Part shown: positions 1 through 9,809 of the stretch, in pieces
How the letters are laid out: every line of letters starts with the position of its first letter
Numbering within the stretch: the stretch's first letter is position 1
Assembly: GCA_000320545.1 (NCBI GenBank)
Contig: ADNK01000510.1
Location: 1-64,000, forward strand
Direction: 5' to 3'
Source of the DNA: Bigelowiella natans CCMP2755
Taxonomy: Eukaryota; Protista; Cercozoa
DNA length: 64,000 bases
The notes under the pieces: generated by a model
Database searches by the model: none
What the model was told of the DNA's origin: nothing
Seen by the model: the letters and a program-made list of their open reading frames with translations, nothing else
Position numbers and translations under genes: made by a program

Positions 1-639
1 CCATGGCTTGCTTTATTATAGCTAGCCATTTGAGCTGTCGTTTCCGGTGGGGTAAGGGGTAAAGTCGAAGTATTACTCCCTAAGCGGTTCTTCCACCACC
101 TCCTTGCCTCACCTCTTTTCCCGTTGTATTTCGTTATCATAACCGGTGCTGTTTAACAGACATGAACTGGGTGTTCCGCTGTACCGGCTGCTGCTGCTGA
201 CGGTGCTCTGGGTCGTCCCCCGCGAGGCGCCCAGACCCCCGTCGTTCCTAAACAAAGCTGCCCACTCTGGAGGTAAGTCTGCTTCGTAATCCATGATGTC
301 CTGCATGATAGCTGCCCAAACATCATGTGTCTGATACTTGTATTCTATCGATACTTTCAGTTTGGCGTAGTTGCTCGCCCTGGGTCGCAAGGCTCGTAAT
401 GCCATTACGACCTTCTTGCTTTCGGCGGCCACGTCCTCGTCGTCCGCCTCGTAGAAGTTCTCCAGTGCCTCTGCTGCTGCATCTGCTTTCTTAATCCCGG
501 GTGCTGGTCCCGGCGGTGCCTGTGGAGGTGTTCCTCCTCCTTCCTTAGCGTCCGTATCGCCCTTCCTTTCCTGTTTCTGCTCGTGCCCTTGCACGGCCTG
601 CGAGCCAAAGTCCTGCTGTTCTTCTAGCTGCTGTGACAT
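1..639 (-). pseudogene. 5' part of gag from the inverted copy, running off the window start
   Basis: Matches the reverse complement of 1590-2229 exactly down to about position 200, then accumulates indels and mismatches toward position 1. This may be low-quality contig-end sequence rather than true decay. Confidence 0.75.
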
Positions 640-655
640 TGTTAGTCAAATCGTT

Positions 656-673
656 TCCCGTGTGTGGAAGCCA
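656..673 (-). promoter_or_regulatory. Primer-binding site TGGCTTCCACACACGGGA
   Basis: TGG start 5 nt after the LTR end. Its complement (...TCCCGTGTGTGGAAG-CCA) resembles a tRNA 3' end. Priming tRNA not identified. Confidence 0.7.
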
Positions 674-678
674 AAGGT

Positions 679-924
679 TGTTGCGCGTAAGGTGTTCACA
701 GGCCGAGGCGCTACGTGCACAAGTAGGCAGGGGGGGGGAAAGGCACGTTTGCTTCCTTTTGAAGAGTTGTGTTTATTTTTATTAAAGATTATATTTTTAT
801 TAAATCGTGCACTGCGTAATCATTCGCGAAGCTTTCGCGAATGCCGCCGCACGTGGGGCAGCACACTTCCGGTGTGCTGCCATGAGTCCCGCCGGAACCC
901 ACGTGCCTATGCTGTATTAATATC
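679..924 (-). repeat. 5' LTR of the inverted element copy, missing its first ~80 nt
   Basis: Identical to 6692-6937 in reverse complement. Followed on the minus strand by a PBS and the gag ATG at 639. Confidence 0.9.
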
Positions 925-933
925 ATAATTCTT

Positions 934-1577
934 TACGATGGCCGAGTTCTAAAGGAAGGACAGTATGTTAGGGCCAAGGTAAATCTGAGATCGAGAAATA
1001 AACAAGACCCCTTCTGGGGTGGCGTTGCAAAGGTTACCGAGAGGAAGGGGAGGAAGCAGTACTACATCTATGATGGGAACAGGGTCACCTTGCGCCACAT
1101 CAGTCACCTAAAGAATTATGATATCGGTGAGAAGCTCCTAGAGGATGTTAAAGTAAACCCTACTGTGTGGGAGCGAGCAATGCCTTGTTTAGGACCCCGA
1201 CCTAAGTTCGATGTGGAATATGGAAACAATAAGGTCAGGGTGAACGACGATTGGCGCATGAAGATTGTCTATCTAGGCTACCCTGGATTACGAAATATGG
1301 AGAGGGTAGCTATGAAAATAAAGGACGGAAAATATCAGCTACTCTACCTAGCTGTTCCCGACTTACCCTTTGAGCACTGGTATAAGGTCCTGGGGGACCT
1401 TGATGCAGAGGGCTGGTATGGACACGAACCTAAGGACGAAGGTGAGTTCTGGGTAAGCGACAAAGGAGATAAGGTTAGAGAGGAATCTATTACCTGGTGG
1501 TTGGTGAAGTTCCGAAAGCGATGAAGGTCTAAGGGAATAAGGAAGGAAGGAAGGAGCAACGTGACTTGGGGGAGGTG
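934..1577 (+). repeat. 644-bp direct duplication of the element's 3' end (integrase C-terminus, MTase-like domain, PPT, LTR-initial TG)
   Basis: Identical to 5970-6613 (offset 5036). ORF 1090-1524 is the C-terminal end of the polyprotein. Confidence 0.95.
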
Positions 1578-1589
1578 ATTTGACTAACA

Positions 1590-4500
1590 ATGTCACAGCA
1601 GCTAGAAGAACAGCAGGACTTTGGCTCGCAGGCCGTGCAAGGGCACGAGCAGAAACAGGAAAGGAAGGGCGATACGGACGCTAAGGAAGGAGGAGGAACA
1701 CCTCCACAGGCACCGCCGGGACCAGCACCCGGGATTAAGAAAGCAGATGCAGCAGCAGAGGCACTGGAGAACTTCTACGAGGCGGACGACGAGGACGTGG
1801 CCGCCGAAAGCAAGAAGGTCGTAATGGCATTACGAGCCTTGCGACCCAGGGCGAGCAACTACGCCAAACTGAAAGTATCGATAGAATACAAGTATCAGAC
1901 ACATGATGTTTGGGCAGCTATCATGCAGGACATCATGGATTACGAAGCAGACTTACCTCCAGAGTGGGCAGCTTTGTTTAGGAACGACGGGGGTCTGGGC
2001 GCCTCGCGGGGGACGACCCAGAGCACCGTCAAGCAGCAGCAGCCGGTACAGCGGAACACCCAGTTCATGTCTGTTAAAACAGCACCGGTTATGATAACGA
2101 AATACAACGGGAAAAGAGGTGAGGCAAGGAGGTGGTGGAAGAACGCTAGGAGTATACTCTGCGACTTTACCCCTAACCCCACCGAAAACGACAAGCTCAA
2201 ATGGCTAGCTATAATAAAGCAAGCCATGGACCTTTACGAGACAGGCAGGACCCGGATCAGGCAGCTAGAGAAAATACACACTACAGTTAGTGGGCTACGA
2301 GACGTTGAGGCGATAATGAAGGCTTTTGTAAATGAACAGGATGCTAACTCCCTACCCCAGGCTATTAGAAAATACAGAGCAATGATGCAGCATGAGAGAG
2401 AACCTGTTAGAGACTTTGCCACGCGCTTCCAGGATATGATCGACGAACTACATGATTTTAATTACAACACAGGTGATGATCAGGCAAGGTTTGAAGAGTT
2501 CAAGTTAAAGATAAAGGAATCCACTTACGTTACGGAGAAAGGCTACACCACGATGGAGGCAGCAGTGCAGGCTATATCCCTACGCGAGCAGGAGCAGGAC
2601 CGCAAGTTTACCAGCCCTAAGGTACCTGGCATAGGAAACATTAACGCTATTAAGCCGCAGCGAGACTGGTACAAGGACAGGGAAGGTAACCGACGTTGCG
2701 GATACTGCTCACGTAAAGGGAAACACACCGCTAAAGACTGCAGAGACAGGAAAGAAGGACGACCCAGGATGACGATCAGGCAGCTCAACGAACACTACGA
2801 GAAGTTAAAGAGAAAGAAAGGCAGAGGACAAGGATATAACAACAGCAAATGGCAAGGCAGCAACAACGGGAAGAACAATAAATATAAGAACAAAAAGCAG
2901 AACAGTATCAATGCTATACAGCAGCAGATAAACGGAATATTAGATCACCTTAAGCAGGCGCCGACGAAGACAGCAGTACCAGCAACGCAGGACCAAGACA
3001 AGCCCATGACCCTAGACGACATAAAGAACTTAGGAGTATGCAACATTAATGACGAAGACGCTAACAGGACTATCAAAGTTGCTATGACCAAGGTTAAAGT
3101 TAAAGACAGCTACGGAGACTACAAGAAACTACCTGCCCTTTGGGATAGTGGCAGCATGCCGAAGTCCTTCATAAGCCTAAGCACAGTAAGAAGGTTAGGA
3201 CTATTGGATCAAGTGACTAAGAAAGAACGTAAATATGCTCAAGCAGACGGAAGCTCTTCCATGAAGACCGTCGGTGAGCTAATGCTAAAGCTACAGATAC
3301 CTGGCAGCGACGCGGAGACCCAAATCAAGACCCGAGTAGCCATGACTTTATCCATGGAACTACTCCTCGGACAGGATGCCCTAGAAAAATTAGGGGGGAT
3401 CATATCATTCTACAATCACAAGATATACTTTGCTAAGTTGCCAAAGAAGTCAGGCAGGACCATCAGCCAGAACATGATACGGCTTGACGAGTGGACCTCT
3501 GAGTCAAGCGTTAATGCGTTAGAGTTTATGGACCTAGCGGACAACAAGCTACCTACACCTACCGAGCTACGGAAGAAGAACCCCGGCAAGACCATCCGAC
3601 AGATAACGGAGCTACTGGACAAGACCCCCCCAGCTGATGATTGGGATATCGACAAAGGCAAAAAGTACATTAATAAAATATTAAACGAGAAGTACTCTGA
3701 CATCACCAAGCCGACGACGAAGCCCTCCAGCAAGCTTACCCCAGTAAAGATCGAGCTAAAGAAGGGATACGAAGAGTGCATCATCAATGACCCAGAACAT
3801 AGGCGACCGGAAGCGGACTGGGAAAAGATAGAGTGGCAGATCAATGAATGGGCAAAGGAAGGGAAGATAGAGCCAAGCAACTCACCATGGAACGTGAGAC
3901 ATGTGCTAGCTAAGAAACCTACTTACCCTTTCTTCCGCCTGGCGCACAACTTCATCCGCCACAACCGAGTAATAAAGAGGATCCAGACACCTACACCAAG
4001 GATAGATGACGTTATTGAACACGTCATAGGATACAAATACTACTCTTCCCTAGATAAAAATGAATCATACATGCAGACACCCATCCACAAAACCTCCCGC
4101 CCCATTACCGCGTTCTCCAGCAGGCACAGGAAGTGGCACTTCGTCGTATTCCCTTACGGCCTAAGCATATCAGGGGATGCGTTCAGTAGTCAGAACTACA
4201 GGGCATACACACATGATGGGATGGCGTCTGTGTTGTGGGTGTTTGTGTTTGTGTATGTGGATGATGACATAATATGTACCAACACAGTCGTCGCTCAGAT
4301 CTTCCTCCTGGAAAATATATTTATTAGGTTTGCACACTTCGGTTTTACTATTAGACTGCAGAAGTGTACATTCCTAGCTACAAGAATCAAGTGGTGTGGA
4401 TATTACCTGGAGCAAGGCCGCATCACCCCAAACCCCGAGAAAGTAGCAGCACTACAGCAAGCCCCTAAACCTAAGAATGCAAAGGAGTTAAGTCATCTGC

Positions 4501-6560
4501 AGACTGCAGCTTGGATACTACGTAGGTTCTCCCCTACCTACGCTAGGACTGCAGCTGCTTTTACTACTGCTTACCGGAAGGAGAACTCTGTAGGCCTCAG
4601 CTTCGCTAAGGTGTGGGCCAAGGCTGGCCTTGATGCCCACTTCGATAACCTAATAAAGTTATGCAGCAACACCCTATTGAATGCTAAGCTAGACACTACT
4701 AGACCAGCTACCCTATGGACAGACTGGTCTAAGCTAGGTATGGCTGCTGTACTTACCCAAGACCAGCAGATCATACGGGTGTGGGGCAGGGCCTGCACAG
4801 CAGCTGAGGCCAAGTACAGCCCTACAAAAGGAGAGTATAAAGCCATGACTGAGGCGCAGAGGAAACTAAGATACTACCTGCTGTCGGTGCCCAGCTTCAC
4901 CTTAATGACTGACCACAAGCCCCTCCTAGGCATCGACCGCAAGCTCGAAGCGCCTAACGATGAGTATGCAGCTATGAGGGCGGACACGGAAGAGTTTAGG
5001 GACAAGAGGACAGTGGTCTACGCACCAGGAGACAAGCAGCTTGCTGACTATTTCAGCAGGCTGTTCGAAAAGAAAGTCCCTACCCAGGTCACCCCTATGG
5101 TTAACGCGATTACCTTCGAGGACGGCGACTTCCTGCCTGAGCCAGAGGAGCTCCAGCACCTTCAAGAACACCTGGATAAATACAAACACAAGCATGAGGT
5201 ACTTAGTGATAGGATATATGTATACACTAATAATGTTAGGCGTACCTACGTGCCACGGCGGACCAGGGGAGCCCTTCTCTTTACCGCCCATGGACCTGCA
5301 CACGTAGGAGAAAACCATATCACTGCTCTACTCTACCATTACTACTGGCCCTACAAGCTAAAAGAGATAAGGACATACCTGCGTGGCTGCAGGTGCTCCA
5401 GCTTGAAGGCGGCAGGCGTCGCCACCAAGGAGTCCAGCAAGAGCCGTGCATCTAAGAAAATCAAAGCAAGGAACTTCTTAGATATCGTGCAAATTGATGT
5501 TTATAAGTACGATGGCTATCACTACCTTACCTTCGTTGATGTGGCCACTGGAAAGTGCTGGGTTAAAAAGATTATCAAGGTCAACGTTGCTAAGAAGAAC
5601 AAAGGCTTATATAAGCAGAGGCTTACTAACTGCTACCGTACCTGGGAGTCTGAGCTCCAGGCTATCCCTGATGAAGTTAGCATAAACAAGATACCAAAGA
5701 AGTTACATGTGGATAATGAGACCTCTCTTCTACAGCTACCACACCCTAATATTGATGCCTCACCTGTATACTATGCCCAGTCCAACTCCAAGGTAGAGCG
5801 ACTCCACCGCACCTTGGCCAACCTAAGCAGGATAAATAGCACCACACCAGACAAGATACAAGGGTTAGTAAACGACACCTTCACGTCTGGGGGAGGTATC
5901 AAGGATAAGGAGAGGGAAGAAGGCGACGACAACGACGACGATACCGAGAGCGAAGACGAGAAGGTCCCGTACGATGGCCGAGTTCTAAAGGAAGGACAGT
6001 ATGTTAGGGCCAAGGTAAATCTGAGATCGAGAAATAAACAAGACCCCTTCTGGGGTGGCGTTGCAAAGGTTACCGAGAGGAAGGGGAGGAAGCAGTACTA
6101 CATCTATGATGGGAACAGGGTCACCTTGCGCCACATCAGTCACCTAAAGAATTATGATATCGGTGAGAAGCTCCTAGAGGATGTTAAAGTAAACCCTACT
6201 GTGTGGGAGCGAGCAATGCCTTGTTTAGGACCCCGACCTAAGTTCGATGTGGAATATGGAAACAATAAGGTCAGGGTGAACGACGATTGGCGCATGAAGA
6301 TTGTCTATCTAGGCTACCCTGGATTACGAAATATGGAGAGGGTAGCTATGAAAATAAAGGACGGAAAATATCAGCTACTCTACCTAGCTGTTCCCGACTT
6401 ACCCTTTGAGCACTGGTATAAGGTCCTGGGGGACCTTGATGCAGAGGGCTGGTATGGACACGAACCTAAGGACGAAGGTGAGTTCTGGGTAAGCGACAAA
6501 GGAGATAAGGTTAGAGAGGAATCTATTACCTGGTGGTTGGTGAAGTTCCGAAAGCGATGA
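1590..6560 (+). CDS. Single-ORF Gag-Pol polyprotein (1656 aa): Gag, Zn knuckle, aspartic protease, RT, RNase H, integrase, C-terminal MTase-like domain
   Basis: CGYCSRKGKHTAKDC knuckle (2697-2741); ALWDSGS protease (Asp at 3144); SLDKNESYMQ, FPYGL and YVDD (4254-4265) RT motifs; WTDWS, YSPTKGEYKA, TDHKPL and LADYFSR RNase H motifs; HGPAHVG..YYWP..CRC Zn finger; QID/HVDNE/QSNSKVERLHRTL integrase core. No stops or frameshifts. Confidence 0.95.
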   Translation: MSQQLEEQQDFGSQAVQGHEQKQERKGDTDAKEGGGTPPQAPPGPAPGIKKADAAAEALENFYEADDEDVAAESKKVVMALRALRPRASNYAKLKVSIEYKYQTHDVWAAIMQDIMDYEADLPPEWAALFRNDGGLGASRGTTQSTVKQQQPVQRNTQFMSVKTAPVMITKYNGKRGEARRWWKNARSILCDFTPNPTENDKLKWLAIIKQAMDLYETGRTRIRQLEKIHTTVSGLRDVEAIMKAFVNEQDANSLPQAIRKYRAMMQHEREPVRDFATRFQDMIDELHDFNYNTGDDQARFEEFKLKIKESTYVTEKGYTTMEAAVQAISLREQEQDRKFTSPKVPGIGNINAIKPQRDWYKDREGNRRCGYCSRKGKHTAKDCRDRKEGRPRMTIRQLNEHYEKLKRKKGRGQGYNNSKWQGSNNGKNNKYKNKKQNSINAIQQQINGILDHLKQAPTKTAVPATQDQDKPMTLDDIKNLGVCNINDEDANRTIKVAMTKVKVKDSYGDYKKLPALWDSGSMPKSFISLSTVRRLGLLDQVTKKERKYAQADGSSSMKTVGELMLKLQIPGSDAETQIKTRVAMTLSMELLLGQDALEKLGGIISFYNHKIYFAKLPKKSGRTISQNMIRLDEWTSESSVNALEFMDLADNKLPTPTELRKKNPGKTIRQITELLDKTPPADDWDIDKGKKYINKILNEKYSDITKPTTKPSSKLTPVKIELKKGYEECIINDPEHRRPEADWEKIEWQINEWAKEGKIEPSNSPWNVRHVLAKKPTYPFFRLAHNFIRHNRVIKRIQTPTPRIDDVIEHVIGYKYYSSLDKNESYMQTPIHKTSRPITAFSSRHRKWHFVVFPYGLSISGDAFSSQNYRAYTHDGMASVLWVFVFVYVDDDIICTNTVVAQIFLLENIFIRFAHFGFTIRLQKCTFLATRIKWCGYYLEQGRITPNPEKVAALQQAPKPKNAKELSHLQTAAWILRRFSPTYARTAAAFTTAYRKENSVGLSFAKVWAKAGLDAHFDNLIKLCSNTLLNAKLDTTRPATLWTDWSKLGMAAVLTQDQQIIRVWGRACTAAEAKYSPTKGEYKAMTEAQRKLRYYLLSVPSFTLMTDHKPLLGIDRKLEAPNDEYAAMRADTEEFRDKRTVVYAPGDKQLADYFSRLFEKKVPTQVTPMVNAITFEDGDFLPEPEELQHLQEHLDKYKHKHEVLSDRIYVYTNNVRRTYVPRRTRGALLFTAHGPAHVGENHITALLYHYYWPYKLKEIRTYLRGCRCSSLKAAGVATKESSKSRASKKIKARNFLDIVQIDVYKYDGYHYLTFVDVATGKCWVKKIIKVNVAKKNKGLYKQRLTNCYRTWESELQAIPDEVSINKIPKKLHVDNETSLLQLPHPNIDASPVYYAQSNSKVERLHRTLANLSRINSTTPDKIQGLVNDTFTSGGGIKDKEREEGDDNDDDTESEDEKVPYDGRVLKEGQYVRAKVNLRSRNKQDPFWGGVAKVTERKGRKQYYIYDGNRVTLRHISHLKNYDIGEKLLEDVKVNPTVWERAMPCLGPRPKFDVEYGNNKVRVNDDWRMKIVYLGYPGLRNMERVAMKIKDGKYQLLYLAVPDLPFEHWYKVLGDLDAEGWYGHEPKDEGEFWVSDKGDKVREESITWWLVKFRKR

Positions 6561-6603
6561 AGGTCTAAGGGAATAAGGAAGGAAGGAAGGAGCAACGTGA
6601 CTT

Positions 6604-6611
6604 GGGGGAGG
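6604..6611 (+). promoter_or_regulatory. Polypurine tract (GGGGGAGG) of the retrotransposon; second copy at 1568-1575
   Basis: Purine run abutting the LTR TG and preceded by a purine-rich 3' UTR. Confidence 0.8.
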
Positions 6612-6937
6612 TGTAGCGCGTACCACTACGCGGGCACAAGTCACGTGCGACAACAAAGGGGTTGTCGCGGATATAGAATATAGATAACGTAGATATTAAT
6701 ACAGCATAGGCACGTGGGTTCCGGCGGGACTCATGGCAGCACACCGGAAGTGTGCTGCCCCACGTGCGGCGGCATTCGCGAAAGCTTCGCGAATGATTAC
6801 GCAGTGCACGATTTAATAAAAATATAATCTTTAATAAAAATAAACACAACTCTTCAAAAGGAAGCAAACGTGCCTTTCCCCCCCCCTGCCTACTTGTGCA
6901 CGTAGCGCCTCGGCCTGTGAACACCTTACGCGCAACA
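6612..6937 (+). repeat. 3' LTR (326 bp)
   Basis: Starts TGTAGCGCGTA directly after the PPT and ends TACGCGCAACA (10/11 terminal inverted repeat). Contains AATAAA hexamers near 6814-6845. 6692-6937 is the exact reverse complement of 679-924. Confidence 0.9.
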
Positions 6938-7842
6938 ACCACGATGCTGTTGTTCGCTCCAGTCCTTGCTGTGTGTGTGCACCATGCAGCGTGGCGGGGC
7001 CACCACCGTTCTGTGGTTCGATGATTTGATCGTCAATCGACACGCACTGCTTGCTTCGTGCACGAACGAAGTGCTAGAGCGTGGTCTGTGGTGCGCACGC
7101 TGATCAAAGAACGCTCGACAAAGTCAGCAGCAAAACGTGCACACCAGTCTAGCAGTGCGCGCACACAAATGAATCACTCCACGCAACACTGGCTGGTCGA
7201 CTCCGATGAATGACTGAGAAAAGAAAGAAAGAAACTTGAATGAATCATTTCCAATCAATGCTTGGGTTGAGTTGAAAGGATCATTGGACGTCTGATCGAT
7301 TGTTGTCCAGCGGATTTTTTGAGACAATGCAGGTTTTTTGACGGAGCTATTTTGCAGGAAATAATATTACATTTTGGGTATTTAAGCATGTCTTAAGATT
7401 AAAAAGGGCTGTTGAATTCTCTGTTATCTACTTAGATAAGTCTGATTAACAACAACAATGACGATGAGGATGAACTCATTTCTTTCCGCTGCAAAATAGG
7501 AGGCGGGCTGCTGTGAGGGCTGAAGAGCTCCCACAATGTGTGATACAAAAATATCCTCGTAATTCTATTATTTACTGACCATTACATTCTAAAATTCTAT
7601 TTGGTAGGAAGCGAGCAGTGAGCATTTACAGCCTGCTCACGATAGTGGTAAATCTTTGTGTGACATTAGACTAGCAGAAGAAAAACAACTTTCAATCCAT
7701 TCATTCCAAACATCCGTAATTGCAGTATAACAACGAAATTCGAGACTTTTGCAATGCAATAGCCTCTAGAATACATCAATGTCCTTTACTGAAATCTGGA
7801 CTTTCGCTCATAAACCCACAAATAATGATGGTCTTCTCTCAG

Positions 7843-9736
7843 GGAACCGGGCTGACACTTGTAATCTTTGAATACTTGAGCACTAATAGATACATCACAA
7901 ACTTCGGGCCAGCTATATCGTCGGGAACATCAGTAGAGGATGATGGTCAGCCATACAGTCCTGCCACAATCGTGAAGATACCGAAGATTGTGCACCAGAC
8001 ATGGAAGGATCAAGACATCCCTGTGCAGCATAAACGAAGGGTAATTGTGCGGAATTTGACTTTTGATAAAAGAAATATCCCTTCGCTGTATTTTCTTCGT
8101 ATGCTTTAACTTGATATTCCCTCCTAGGTCGCTTCATGGAAAGAAAAGAATCCTAATTATGTGTACAAGCTTCACACGGATGTGGATATAGAGGCACGAG
8201 TCAGAGAAAAGTCGTAATAAACTTGTATCACTACCTTTGCGTTTACTTTCTGCTCATCTGCAATCATGTGGTCTGGTGCTATGATAGATATTTCCATAAT
8301 ACTTTTTTAAAAAACTATATATTTGGCAAAGGCACCCGGAGTTACTCGGGGCTTTCTCGAAAATGCAGGTAGTAACCAGTTACACGTGTGAAAACAAAAA
8401 ACACGCGCGCACAAATACACACACGCACTAATACGCACGCACACTCACAACCGTTACCATCATTGGTCTCCATTCTCACCACCACTACCACCAACAGTCC
8501 CATCGTGTACTACCACCGCGTTATTTTGCCACAGGGAATTCATAAGGCGGACCTGTTACGATATATGGTTCTATACGATGAAGGAGGGGTAATATAAGTT
8601 AAGAAATAAAGGACGAAAAGAAGAAGGGAAGAAGGTGTGCGTGAGGTCAGAAAGCGATGAACATCGCTGTCGTTTTCTCCTATAGGCTCATTCTGTGTAG
8701 CTTTAGTTCAAAACTTTCTTCTTCTTTGTCGTCGTCGTCGTCGTCTTCTTCTTCTTCTCCCTTCCTTCAATATTCCCTCATCTAAGGTCTATGGGGATAT
8801 CGATACAGAGTGCCTTCGCGGCGTGGAGGAGGTGATCGTGATGATGATGATGATGATGATTTGGTTTAGTACTGAAGAAAAAGAAGAAGAGCAAAAAGTA
8901 AGCAGAAATCAACGATAATTCCCTTATCCATACTACTGTCATCGTCGTCATCACCATCAGTGGCTGCAGAATACTGGCGATTTCTACAATACCGGCCTTG
9001 CAGTTGGGATCGAGGTTTGGCTTTAATGCGAGAAATGACGAGCTTTCATACTCATCAAGGCGATTAGGGATGGGGGAAGGAAAAGGGGAGAATATATGCT
9101 ATGTGTGGCCAGTAGAAGTTGCTCTTGCATTGACATTAGCTGTACACGTTGGGTAAGGAAGTTCTGCATATGCTTTTAAGGTGGTGACTGGTGACAGACC
9201 CGACTGGCGCAAGTTCTTTGATAGGCCCATTCAAATATGTCAATGGTCAGTTATAATGTTCACCGAGTTACTTCATAAATAACAACTACATTGTGTGTGT
9301 GTGTGTGTGTGTGTGCGCGCGCTCGTGGGCATATATCTAAGCTTCTGCTCTATTGATGTGCTGCATAGGAGCATGGCCGCTGCCCCCCGCCACCCGGCAC
9401 TTCGATTGGTCTTAGATAAGATACAAAACTTCTTCGATACGAGGAGTGTGGAGGAAATCAACAATATTACCGTTTGCGAGGTAGAACGATACGGTGTAAA
9501 GATACGATGACTTGCCATTACTAACTACTTCGTCATCCCTGAAAGTACCTGCCCACCACCTCACATTATTGACTCCTCTGCTCTTCTGTGTGCGAACAAT
9601 GGCGACGACGAGTACAGGCCACAGGCCCTGCCATCTGGTCGGATAGCATCTTGGAATATTTAACAACGCAATATGGAGTGACTCTTGGGGAGAAGCCATT
9701 CGATAAGGACCAACTCGAGGTGAGCTGGTTACTTAA

Positions 9737-9809
<73 letters not shown>

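Larger units (their letters stand above)
1..6937. mobile_element. Composite, rearranged Ty3/gypsy (Metaviridae) LTR retrotransposon locus: inverted 5' portion + duplicated 3' portion + full ORF + 3' LTR
   Basis: Gag-PR-RT-RH-IN domain order in ORF 1590-6560. PPT followed by a TG...CA LTR at 6612-6937. The reverse complement of 1-924 matches the LTR, leader and gag start. 934-1577 is identical to 5970-6613. Confidence 0.95.

Noticed and set aside
1-200. Frameshifts and mismatches in the inverted gag copy as evidence of an old, decayed element
   Set aside because: Errors rise steadily toward position 1 while the rest is identical, which looks like low-quality contig-end sequence.
1568-1590. 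LTR loss by splicing (GAG|GTGTAG donor)
   Set aside because: There is no AG acceptor at the downstream join, and the retained TG does not fit that donor.
6710-6767. Hammerhead ribozyme in the LTR
   Set aside because: The CUGANGA and GAAA core motifs are absent.
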